Shown here piece by piece: positions 12,301 to 23,614 of a stretch of DNA of 64,000 nucleotides. The translations under genes were made by a program, and so were the position numbers. This stretch comes from Podarcis tiliguerta (Eukaryota), in the NCBI GenBank assembly GCA_965153285.1, contig OZ229119.1; one strand, given 5' to 3'. The notes under the pieces were generated by a model. The model was not told the DNA's origin and made no database searches. It saw only the letters and a program-made list of their open reading frames with translations. The stretch's first letter is position 1; every line of letters begins with the position of its first letter.

Positions 12301-15300
12301 ATATCTATACTTCATTTAAAGATGAGTGAAGCCTTTTGTACAGACTACAATTGAATTCTGTGTCAGGGTGATGCATCAGATGAAAAGGCAACAATAAGTG
12401 GAGGCAGAGACTCAAGTTACCTGTCCTCTACCAGGCCATGAACTCGATCCTGCTTATTCTAGATTTATATTTTATTTTAAAGTCAGCACTCTATGTGATG
12501 GATGTCCATAGCTCACCCACAGAACCACATTTTTTACTGTCTTCTCTATCTGGGCAATTCCTATACATTTTACCTTGGGCGTTCCAGTCAGGTGCTATTT
12601 CCAGAGTGGTGGTGCTTGGAGCAGGCAGTATTCAGGAAGGTTCAAAGGCCTGTTCATGGTTACATTGTGGAGGGGGGAAAACATGCATTTAAAGAGTCTT
12701 AAGATTTTTAAAAACTTTTTGCAGTATCTGCAGCATGTCAGCTCTATCCCTGCCTTTAGTCTCAGGAGATGTAGAGCACCAGGTGGTTTCTTGTTCTCAA
12801 AGAGCCCCCTGGAGAGGACCTTACTCTGGGGGCTTCTCCAGACAGCACTTCTAATGGCATTGAGAGTGACTGGTGCTCTTGCTGGTGTCAGGATGGTCAT
12901 ACTATCCTGGCTCCCAGTTGGCTGAAGAACCAAAACTCAAAGGAAGGATTTCCCCCCTCAAACACTTTAATGTTTAATTGCTGCAGTACATATGCAAATT
13001 GCTGGTTTGTGGCCCTTCGGCAATACACATAATTAATCCTAGATACAACTACAACAAAGGCTGGTGATCTAACTCCCAAAGCTTTAGATGCTGATCTGAC
13101 ATTGAAACACCCGCTTGCTACTCTATATACAGGAACAGGTGAACTCAACATAGTGCAGCAAGTGTTTCTGCAATTGCTCAATATGCCTAGTAGGCAGAAC
13201 CATCTGTTCACTCCTCCTTTGGCACCTCCTGAATCTAGTTCAGGTATCTTCAACCTTTCCGGACCCAGGACCCATTTTTAACCCAAACAGCAATTGGGGA
13301 ACAATTAATCTTTTACCATATTTGCATGGTGTTAATGTTCCTGTTGCAACCTACTTTGGATCAGGCTGCAACCTGCTAATGGATCTGAAGACCAGTGATT
13401 TAGGTGATGGGGGGAGTTGTCTCTGCCCTCTGAAGGATATGGGGCCCTGGCAGAACATCCCCTCTGGAGCGGCAGAGCAGCTCCCAGTGTCTGCTCTAAC
13501 TGTGGGTTGCAAAGTTCCCGGCTTCACATGTAATATTTCCTCTGCACCATTGCATATAAAGTTCCCTTAATTGAATTTAGCTTGCCATGACTTATCACTC
13601 TGCTACAGTTTCTAATACCTTCCATGCCATCCTGGAGCTTTCCATGGACCAGGAGCAACAGCTGGCAGCTGCCAACACTTATTGCTACTCAGAAAAGCTG
13701 ATAAAGATTTTAGTAACTTATAGCTTGTAGGGTGAATTCTGGGGGGGAAACTTTCACTGAGCAAAGCAGGGAGGGACAAATTGATATAGCATGACTTGGC
13801 TGTAAATGAGCAAAGCCAGTTTTGAAAAGTATTTTTGTTTGCTCTGCTCCCTTGGCCAGTGTTGGATTTATGCACTAAATACAAAAACACCTAAATTTAA
13901 AGTTTAACATAGTTGGTTTAAAAAGGAAATAGCAAAAAGAGACTCACATATCATTCTTATGTGACAAAAATATACTTAATGGCTACACAATTATTTGTTA
14001 TATTGTATGTATAAATCTATGTGGAAATAATTAAAATACATTATTATTATTATTTTTATTATAAACAGTTTTCATATATGCAAAGTAAAAAATATAAGTA
14101 TTTCCATTTTAAAGGCATTTCATATGCAATAGGCTTATTGCAAGACATGTTTAACTTCAATTTTGCATCCTCACCTAGGTACCAGTATATATGCAAATAT
14201 GAAAGTTTATTATTTCTATTTTCTTTGTCCTTTCCGTTAGAATAATACACATTATTTGGTAATGCTATGGGGCCTGCTTAGGGCATCAGCATGTCTTAAT
14301 CTGACGTTGTCCTTGTCCTTCTGTTACACTTGAACACACAATTATAGGGTCACAGACACACAATGGTTGTACCATATAGCTTCTGGCATATAGCTATTAT
14401 TTTGCTTCCCCTTGTGCCTTTTTAAGTTGGCTCCTAGAAAGCTTTCCTCGTTAAGGCTACCCTTCCAGTTCCAAATCTGTATCTACTAGGATTTTCTCTT
14501 TCTAATATCTGTAGAATTTAAGAAAACCAAATTACAAAACTACTGCTCAATATTACAACATAGTTTTTCAGGTGCCCTGCTTCCCTTGTGTGTGTTCAAT
14601 AATTAAAACAAAATCTCTTTAAAATAAAGCAGCATTCCTTTCTTTTAGTTTTGTCAGTAGTAGTACTGAATTTTTGATGAGTGCTGCCTTCCTCCTGTTT
14701 TGTTATTCCTCTGTCTTCACTGATGATTGGATCCCAGATCAGTAGTACATGCAAATTTCATAAACATGCCATATACCCACTTCTCCAGGATCATTAAAGA
14801 AGTTCTGAAGCGGGAGAGAAGCTAATACCTATCCCCTTAGGTACCTAATTATACATCTCTACAATATATAACTAGGACAAACTCTGCAGCTAATGTAAGT
14901 TAGATACAAGTCAGCAGACACACACCCACTCTGCCATTCCCTTTAATCAAAAGCCTTTGTTTATGGTCAATCAGCCAGCTTACACAGTGCCATGAAGCCA
15001 AGCTAATTTTAATTAGTTTTTCGTGTTGGGTTTTTATGAGACAGTGTTGGGTGCTTCATTATATTCCAAATGTATTACAGATGCTGCATCTCTTTCTGGC
15101 TAATTATGTCAAAACAGAAGCAAATTTGTATTCTAGGAGCTCCGCATTGTAAATCCATATAATTAATCTGCCATTTAGAAGTGGGGAAATCTGATCTCCA
15201 GAGCAACCTCCCTACAAGACCCTTCAAACCATGAGCCTCTTATACCAACCTGGAGCAAGACTTGACAGATAGCTTTGTCTCGGCTTCATTAGCCAACCAA

Positions 15301-16141
15301 GAACATCACATAATCTTTGGTTTTATTCTTTCCCCCCAATATCTTTCCCTGCAAAGTGGTAATACTATAATTTTTCCCACACCAGATTTACTGAATTATA
15401 AAATTACAACCATAGTTGAGTCCCTGCAAATAATCAGAGGCAGGATACCCGTCTTACAATATAGAAATATTGTATTAAATACCAGGCATTTAATTTCATT
15501 TCTGTCTTGGAGTCATTTCTCTGCAGTCATTGAGGTTGCAAATCCCTAGTGTGGCTTATCTTGCTGTGAGTCATCCAAGACCTGGTCCCTTCTCTGTATG
15601 AATCACTTCCATCTGGCTTGGGAAGGTAAAGCTCCAACTGACTTGACTGCAGCTACAAAGACTTTTCCAGCTACACAAGGTACACAGAGACCATCTGGTG
15701 TGTGTTGAGACCTGGTCCTTGCTCTGTGGTTGACTCTCTACTGCCTGGTATGGACCTGACAGGGGCAGTTGCTGCTGCTCAAAGTGCCTAGAGGTTAGGG
15801 TATAGAGGTTTTTACTGGGGGCAACACCTAAGTTAGGAAAATATATGTTATTTTCACTGATATTTCTATGATGGTTTAAAAAATAGTGTTCTTATCATCT
15901 GAGTGTGTAATCATCAAAATGAGGTGATTAGCCTACTTAAATTTGTGCAAGTGCTTAAATTTTGCTATACTTTGTAAATAGTGCATAAAGTTGAATGTTA
16001 TATATATTGATGTTGTCAGCTCCTTTGAGCACGCAACTAAAGTTATAATGATGATGCTCTGCAGGCATCAAAGTGAGCTTTCTTACCTCTGCAAGGAACC
16101 GGGGTCACAGAAAAATTCAATATGACTGATCTGCAGAGCAT

Positions 16142-16313
16142 TATACCTTCCAACATTTATCCGATGAAAATAGGGATGTCTTCTTCTTCTTCTTCTTCTT
16201 CTTCTTCTTCTTCTTCTTCTTCTTTCCTAAGGAAAAGCAGGACAAATTAGAACCAGGATGGCTTTTACAAATCTGGGACTGTCCTTGGAAAATAGGGACA
16301 CTTGGAGGGTCTG
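16142..16313. mobile_element. Short DNA-transposon-like element carrying a (CTT)15 expansion
   Basis: Imperfect TIR TATACCTTCCAA / TTGGAGGGTCTG with GGGAC subterminal repeats; no clear TSD. Confidence 0.5.
16180..16224. repeat. (CTT)15 microsatellite
   Basis: Directly visible; explains the poly-Lys ORF at 16141-16416. Confidence 0.95.
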
Positions 16314-17099
16314 AAACATTTGCTTTGTATGCAGAAAGTTCAATATTCAATGAGGCTGTTGTCTGAAACCTGGAAATGGAAAGCATAAGGCAGATTTCTA
16401 TGTTCCTGTGTGACATTGCTGCTTCACACAGTGTATGGGTTTGTACATAAACACCTACGAAGCTCTGGAAATCTTTGGGGTGACATGGAAGTCTTTGTGG
16501 TTGGGTTGGGTCATGTGGTGACTCTGAGACGAGCCATTCTGAATATCTGGTGGCTGCCTAGTCTCATATACTCAGACCAGGACAACAAAGCAACAGTTAG
16601 AGGCAATAAAAAAGCTCTCTAGATGTTCTCTAGCAAATTTCCTAAAAGCCAACAAATGCGCTAGAAAGCCCTTTTATCACAATCAAATTGTTATGTTGAA
16701 TGAACAAACAAAACAAAGAATCCATGTGTTCATTCTTTGTTCAGTTTGACCATGTGAAAAGGGCTTAACTTTTTTGCAGCCAATATCTTTTTGCATTCAG
16801 CTTACGGCAAATTGAATTGTGAGAGAATTGCTGCCCTGATTTATCCTTGTCTCCCTCTCCCCAGGAAAATGTTTCTATTAGTGTTGGGCTCTTTAAGAAA
16901 GTAGATGAAGTTTCAACTCTTTAAAGCTTATAGCTTTTATGGTCATTATAAAAATGCAGGGGCCAGAGCAACTAATAGGCCATGCTTCCAGGACTGTTAA
17001 AGCTTTAAGCAAACAAATTTATTCAGTCCGTTTTCATCAGTCAGCTTTAAAAGCTGGTTTAAAGGACAAGCGAGCTCAGTTAAGTTGCAGCTTTGAGAC

Positions 17100-17340
17100 A
17101 GAATCATAGAACTGTAGAGGTTTTTTTTAGAGAAAAACATTTTACTAGAGAAATGCACATTTTAAAGTGGGGAAAATACATACACAGTGCATACATTCAA
17201 AAGGTTACACAATTAAGATAGAACTGTAGAGTTGAAAGGGATCACAAGGATCATCTAGTCCAACTCCCTGCAATTAAGGAATCTTTCTGCCCGACTTGGG
17301 GCTCGAACCCACAACCTGAGATGAAGAGTCCCATGCTCCA
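17100..17340 (-). mobile_element. Squam3-like SINE (tRNA-Lys-like head plus CR1-type tail) with a 98-bp nested insert
   Basis: The minus strand reads GAGCATGGGACTCTTCATCTCAGGTTGTGGGTTCGAGCCCC (tRNA-like) and then a CR1-like ...CAACTCTACAGTTCTAT tail. Confidence 0.7.
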
Positions 17341-17913
17341 TCAGATGTTAATCTTTTTCAGATGTATCACTTCAGTGCTGAACTGTCATCCTAAAGGTGT
17401 GAGTCAGCTTTTTTGAGAGCAAGGAAGTTCTTTGCAATATTTATTTTATTTGCCACATTTATATTCTGTCCAGTAACAACATTCTTTGGAAGCCTTACAA
17501 CTTCTATAAAATTTTAAAAGGCAACAAGCAACCATAAAAGAAAACAGAAATATTCAAAAAGCATTTAGCATTTAAGAGATCTTAAAAGGAAGGCTCCCCC
17601 TCCCGGGGGGGGGGGGGCATTTGTCTTGTGCCAAAATGAAGCCATAGGAGGTGCCAGACAAGCCTCTCTGGGGAGTGCATTCCACCATCAAATCAGCTCT
17701 AGTAGCAACCCGCTGCACCTCACTTGGTGGGGGACGTAGAGAAGTGTCTCTGAAGATAATATCAAAGTCCAGATACATATGGGAGGAGGCAATTCTTTAG
17801 TTAACAAGGGCCAACAAGAGATAATCTAATCATGGTTGTTTTACTTAATATGGATAAATATTGAGATACCTTTTCTGCGCTACAGAGTTATTTCCCCCTA
17901 CACAAGAAATAGT

Positions 17914-18145
17914 GGGATGCGGGTGGTGCTGTGGGTTGAAGCCTAGGGCTTGCCAATCAGAAGGTTGGCAGTTTGAATTCCTGCGATGGGGTGAGCGGCT
18001 TAGTCATGCTGGCCACATGACCCAGAAAAACTGTCTGCAGACAAACATTGGCTCCCTCGGCCAGTAAAGCGAGATGAGCACCAAAACCCCAGAGTCATTC
18101 ACGACTGGACTTAACTGTCAGGGGTCCTTTATCTTTACCTTTTTT
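17914..18145 (+). mobile_element. Sauria SINE, internally deleted
   Basis: GGGATGCGGGTGGTGCTGTGGG head and CTTTACCTTT tail. TSD TACACAAGAAATA at 17899-17911 and 18146-18158. Confidence 0.88.
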
Positions 18146-18684
18146 TACACAAGAAATAAATGGAAAGCTAATTACAACATCAGAAAATAGTTATCCACTG
18201 TAGATATTTTGAATTAACCCTTGGAGCTAAGAAACTGTTTTGAATTAATTTAAAGATGCCAGTGATTAGTATATCAGGTTTGATTTAAAATATTCAGTCT
18301 GTGTTATGGTTGAATCCAGTGGTGTGTTCAGCTGATGACAAGAGTGCCATCAGCAGAATGGGGACAGAAGCAATTTTTAGTGACTCCACCCAACCCTCTG
18401 GAGCTGATTGGGGGCACGTGTGGAACTGTAGGGGAAATCACTGCAAATGTCCTCCCTTGCTGATGGAAGCCTTTGTCAGCTTTGACACAACCTACTGTTT
18501 CTAATGGTTGCTGTGTTTAAATTTTCAGCATTGGTCGTAATTGATGGATTAAGTACAAACCCTGGCAAAGCTTTCATTGTTCTGGTTTGTTTATTTGATA
18601 AATGTTTTAATAGGCAATTAACAGTAATAAATTAAACCACAGTTAAAATTATACACTAACAAAAGTTCAATAAAAGCAGTAGTA

Positions 18685-19176
18685 NNNNNNNNNNNNNNNN
18701 NNNNNNNNNNNNNNNNNNNNNNNNNNNNNNNNNNNNNNNNNNNNNNNNNNNNNNNNNNNNNNNNNNNNNNNNNNNNNNNNNNNNNNNNNNNNNNNNNNNN
18801 NNNNNNNNNNNNNNNNNNNNNNNNNNNNNNNNNNNNNNNNNNNNNNNNNNNNNNNNNNNNNNNNNNNNNNNNNNNNNNNNNNNNNNNNNNNNNNNNNNNN
18901 NNNNNNNNNNNNNNNNNNNNNNNNNNNNNNNNNNNNNNNNNNNNNNNNNNNNNNNNNNNNNNNNNNNNNNNNNNNNNNNNNNNNNNNNNNNNNNNNNNNN
19001 NNNNNNNNNNNNNNNNNNNNNNNNNNNNNNNNNNNNNNNNNNNNNNNNNNNNNNNNNNNNNNNNNNNNNNNNNNNNNNNNNNNNNNNNNNNNNNNNNNNN
19101 NNNNNNNNNNNNNNNNNNNNNNNNNNNNNNNNNNNNNNNNNNNNNNNNNNNNNNNNNNNNNNNNNNNNNNNNNNNN
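18685..19176. other. Assembly gap (492 N)
   Basis: Run of N. Confidence 1.
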
Positions 19177-20095
19177 ACCACTAGTAAGTTAAAACATTTC
19201 AGTGGAAGAGAAGTCACTCATGGCCTGGACATCTTCCTGAACCTCAATATGGTACTGAGAATTTGGATGTGTTCTTTGTTGATATGACAATACCCGAAGA
19301 TTGAGTGGAGGAATAGCGTCCTATTTTTCCTGCTATTAGATTTGTCAGCAACACATACTATGCTCAACACTTACAGAGTCACAAAGTATTCCTTGGCAGG
19401 CCGCCGTGAAGCTGGCTTGGTCTGCTTTCTCTCACCTGGATCTTTCTGCCTGGTGAATATGAGGAGATGTTGTGAAGAACTGGAGAGGTGTTGCCAAGTA
19501 CACTAATATCACACATATTTATTTCTGATCCAGGCAATGCAGTATTGAAACTTAAACAGGCCACTGCGATGAGACAGTTAAAGGTTCAATGGACTCAGAT
19601 TTTTTGGGGTACAAATTTAGCAGGCCTTTGAGTGAGTAAAGACACTGTATATTGTCAGGATTCAACTTCCTCTGGATCGGGGTCACATCCAGCATCCCTT
19701 CCCCACTCTCAAATTAGACATGAAATAAGCATTATATTGTAGCCAATAAAACTGGTTGCAGGGTATGACCACAGCAGTTGGTTCTGGTTTGCAAATGTGC
19801 CAATAGACTCCAAATGTTTGGTGACCCCTGCTGTAGCTATTGAGGCTGTGGCTCTCCATGACACTTGGCCACTTAAGATGCTCTGGTGGTTAGAAGTACT
19901 GGTTAGAACTGTAAATCTCAGTATGACTTGAACCTAACATATGATAGGGTGGTGTGTGTTTTTTTTATACATCCTTCCCTAGAATTGTCTAAAAGTGCAA
20001 TGTTCACAATACAAGGTGTCTTGCTCCACTTCTGTGCTGAAGTTGTGCCTTCCCTCAGCACGATTCAGAAGCAGGCTTTCTTACACTGCGTAGTA

Positions 20096-20428
20096 AAAAG
20101 GTAAAGGGACCCCTCACCATTAGGTCCAGTTGTGATCGACTCTGGGGTTGCGGCGCTCATCTCGCTTTATTGGCCGAGTGAGCTGGTATACAGCTTCTGT
20201 GGCCAGCACGACTAAGCCACTTCTGGCAAAACCAGAGCAGCGCACAGAAACGCCGTTTACCTTCCCGCTATTTATCTACTTGCATTTTGACATGCTTTCA
20301 AACTGCTAGGTTGGCAGGAGCAGGGACCGAACAACGGAGCTCACCCCGTCGCGGAGATTCGAACTGCCAACCTTCTGATTGGCAAGCCCTAGGCTCTGTG
20401 GTTTAACCCACAGTGCCACCCGCGTCCC
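20096..20428 (-). mobile_element. Sauria SINE
   Basis: Same family as 3224-3568. 14-bp TSD TACACTGC(G/A)TAGTA at 20082-20095 and 20429-20442. Confidence 0.92.
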
Positions 20429-21054
20429 TACACTGCATAGTACCTGGTAGCAAAGGTTGATTAAAGGAAGGGTTGTTTAATTTACAGTGGGGTGTGGTTT
20501 TTTCGTTCCTTCTATTCATAATACATAGGTGCTATCCATCCAAGGTTTCTTGGGTAGAGTGAGATACAATCTGAAATAAGAAATGAATACACAGATTTTG
20601 GCAAACGTCAATCCTGTTATGAAGTCTCTCTCTAGTTGTCATATTGATAGTATTTAGCATTTGTATCTAAGATGAATTGCTTGTTGAAATTGTTGGAAGA
20701 CGCTTGATATAACTCACAAAGGGTTAGATACAAAGACAAGGTAACTTAAGGAAGTTTATGAAATGGAAGATTCCTTCCCTTTCCCCTTTTTTGCAAACCC
20801 CCTCCTCAACAATTTGGAATGGGGCATGGGTGCTATTAACAGAGGGGAGAATTGTCCGAAATTATTTTGTAAACTTCTTTAGGTTGCCTTATTTTTAGGA
20901 TTGAAGCCAAATAAATGTATATATTGTTTTACCATTGATAGGCTGTTGTTATCAGAACTATCTGCCACCATCCTGCTATGAGCAGGTTGCCTCTATTCCC
21001 CTGACACACACCCACCCTGTTCAAGTCAACAGGAACAAAGCAAATACTTGACTA

Positions 21055-21296
21055 CAGTGGTACCTCTGGTTACGAACTTAATTTGTTCCAGAGGTCTGTT
21101 CTTAACCTGAAATCATTCTTAACCTGAGGTACCACTTGAACTAATGGGGCCTCCTGCCACCGACGCACTGTCGGCACGAAACTTCTTTTCTCATCCTGAG
21201 GTAAAGTTCTTAACCCGAGTTACTACTTCCGGGTTAGCAGAGTCTGTAACCCTAAGTGTTTGTAACCCGAGGTGTTTGTAACCTAAGGTACCACTG
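21055..21296. mobile_element. Tigger/pogo-like MITE
   Basis: TA-CAGTGGTACCTC...AAGGTACCACTG. Confidence 0.87.
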
Positions 21297-22139
21297 TGTA
21301 GTGTTTCCAATGAAGTGCTAAAAAAATAAAATAGCTTGTAAGGAAAACATGGTGGGGCATGGGGAGAGAGGACAAGTAAAGGACGCGAGGTAAGGCATCC
21401 CCTTTTAATTGCTCCTTTGAACAAATACTGAGGGCTCTCCAGCAAGCACACATGCACCATTAAGCACACCATATATCACCGCTTTCAGGAGGGAGGGCGG
21501 AATATAAATGGGATAAATAATAAATAGATAAAGATCTCCACCCACACATGCACAAAGACAGATTAATCTTTGTCACTAACAATTGCTCGTCAAGCTACAG
21601 GAGAGGTCTCTTAGACCTGCATGGGCGTAGGGGAAATAGCACATTAAGCCTCACACTGCCAAATTAAGGACATCTATCAGGTTAACTTTTTTACATCTGT
21701 ATTTTTATGGCACGAAGAAGAGTTCAATAAAGGACTGAAGTATTTCACATTCCTGTAGTTTAAACCCTTTCCCAAACACTGTCGTGTTTTAATCTTTGTA
21801 CGAGTGCTGTAAAGGAAGCCAGTGTTTTTTATGGTCATATTAAAGGTCATCAACTGAGTTCATGTCAGAGGTGAAAGTAAAACCAGGAACTTCCTGTGTT
21901 TCTAGTTCGGCACGAGAGGAAGACTTGAGCAATCCTTGGGTGGTTCATGGGATTCTCCCATCCCAAGTGATGGGTGTTTATGGATTCAGTATGAGAATGT
22001 GGCCACAGCCTGTCTCTGCCCAACAGAGCAGTCATGATTTTTTCATGAATGGAGGCGTCTCCACTTGGCAACCCTGTATTCTCACAATATTTTGACCTTT
22101 TCAAACCCAACTGTCATTGAACGAAATGGTATATCAGGA

Positions 22140-22547
22140 TGTCAGGGAACTGCCATCGGAAGGACAGGAGGTGCAAGGGCTCTCTGAGGTGGAGAGAGAC
22201 GCAGCAGCGGAAGAGGGAACCAGTAGGGGGAGAGCAGGAACTTCAAGGGAAGGTGAGTCGGAGGAATGGCTCAGAGACGCTTCCAGCGAAAACAGCGGGG
22301 AGGTCTCAGGACCTCCTATAGGGACACCCATTCCTCGCCGGAAACTGTCACGCCGAGAGTCCAGAAGACGTGTTTCCGTTAAGGAGCTTTTATGTTGGAA
22401 ACGATTCCGAAAGCAACCACTTTCGGATTCTGCTAGCGATTGACGCAGCCATGCTGGAAGGGCTCCGTCACAGGCAGAGGTTTGAAAACTTGATCAAACT
22501 CTGAGGGACTTGCAGTTTACGCACAAGCAGCTCTTCATCCCATCACA
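22140..22547 (+). repeat. 5' LTR (408 bp)
   Basis: TGTCAGGG...CATCACA. Identical to 27230-27637 except A22486 versus G27576. Confidence 0.98.
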
Positions 22548-22549
22548 GC

Positions 22550-22560
22550 AATCCGAAAGT
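22550..22560 (+). promoter_or_regulatory. Self-priming primer-binding site (PBS)
   Basis: AATCCGAAAGT lies 2 nt after the LTR, lacks the TGG of a tRNA PBS, and is the exact reverse complement of LTR 22419-22429 (ACTTTCGGATT). Confidence 0.85.
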
Positions 22561-22594
22561 CACCGAAAGCTAGCTTGTGACAGGGAGAGGCATC

Positions 22595-23614
22595 ATGAGC
22601 GAACCAGCCGGAACCGGAGGAGCAGGAGCAGCTGGAGGAGGTCCAAGCCTGGAGGAAAGGTACAGAGCGTTGGAGATCCAGCTTGCCTTGCAAACGGCGA
22701 GGCTGGAGGAGAGGAGGGCTCAGGATGCAGAAAAGGGGAAGGAGAAAACCACCCCGCTCACCACAAAGATGCCAGGATTGGTGCAGAAATTCGGGGGGGA
22801 CCCCAGAAACTATCATGCCTTTAGAACAGAGATGCAGTACGCTCTCAACCTGCAGTTTGATGACTTCCCCGACGAGGAATCGCGAGTGGCTTTTGTAATT
22901 AGCCATCTCGAATCAGGGGCGAAGGACTGGGTTAGACCCCTGATGGCAGCGAATAATGAGATCCTAAAGGACACGATGAAGTTTTTTCGTGCCATGGACC
23001 TGATGTTTTCCAGCGACATTGAGCAGGGGGTGGTGCGAAGGCAGTTAATGGCTTGCAAACAGGGGAGCCGGTCTGTCCGTGAGTACTGGACTGAGTTTAC
23101 TATGTTGATTCATAGATTGGGGTGGGACCTATCGGCGGAACCCATTCAGATGCTTTTCGAAGAGGGGCTCTCTTCGTCCCTTAAAGATGAACTTTCCTGG
23201 GCCCCCAGGGCGGAGTCTATGGACCAGCTGACTAAATCCGCGCTGGCCATAGGAGCGCCCCAGGAAGCGAGGGCTTTGGAAAGGCGGGAAGGGAAAGGAG
23301 AACGTTGGAGGGAGCTCCGCATTCCAGACATTCCAGAGCCGCCTTTCCCGCCGGCAGAGCCGATGGAAGTTGGAACAGCGCGGGCGCGCGCAGTTTCAAA
23401 CCTCAGTGAAGGGCGGAAGAAGGAGGGAAAGAGCGCCAAGAAATGTTATCTCTGCCAACAGCCAGGACACTTTGCCAGAGTCTGTCCACAAAGAAAGGAA
23501 TGGCAAGGGATGGCAGGAGCTGTTGGGGGAGAAGAGGAGGAAAGCAAGGAGCAAGTAAAAGCCAACGCCTGGCTGCCACCGTCGGGGCACAGCAGCCAGG
23601 CCAAAAAGCAGTGA
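22595..23614 (+). CDS. gag: Gag (retrotransposon capsid plus CCHC zinc knuckle)
   Basis: ATG at 22595. Contains KFGGDPRNYHAF, LESGAKDW, KQGSRSVREY, PMEVG and CYLCQQPGHFARVC; sushi/PEG10-like. Confidence 0.95.
   Translation: MSEPAGTGGAGAAGGGPSLEERYRALEIQLALQTARLEERRAQDAEKGKEKTTPLTTKMPGLVQKFGGDPRNYHAFRTEMQYALNLQFDDFPDEESRVAFVISHLESGAKDWVRPLMAANNEILKDTMKFFRAMDLMFSSDIEQGVVRRQLMACKQGSRSVREYWTEFTMLIHRLGWDLSAEPIQMLFEEGLSSSLKDELSWAPRAESMDQLTKSALAIGAPQEARALERREGKGERWRELRIPDIPEPPFPPAEPMEVGTARARAVSNLSEGRKKEGKSAKKCYLCQQPGHFARVCPQRKEWQGMAGAVGGEEEESKEQVKANAWLPPSGHSSQAKKQ

Noticed and set aside
17285-17340. tRNA-Lys gene
   Set aside because: Incomplete and fused to a CR1-type tail, so it is a SINE head.
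18618-19217. 199-aa ORF
   Set aside because: Artefact of the N gap.
22117-22443. 108-aa ORF in the 5' LTR as a separate gene
   Set aside because: It is the LTR copy of the pol tail, starts in flanking DNA and lies mostly upstream of the predicted transcription start.
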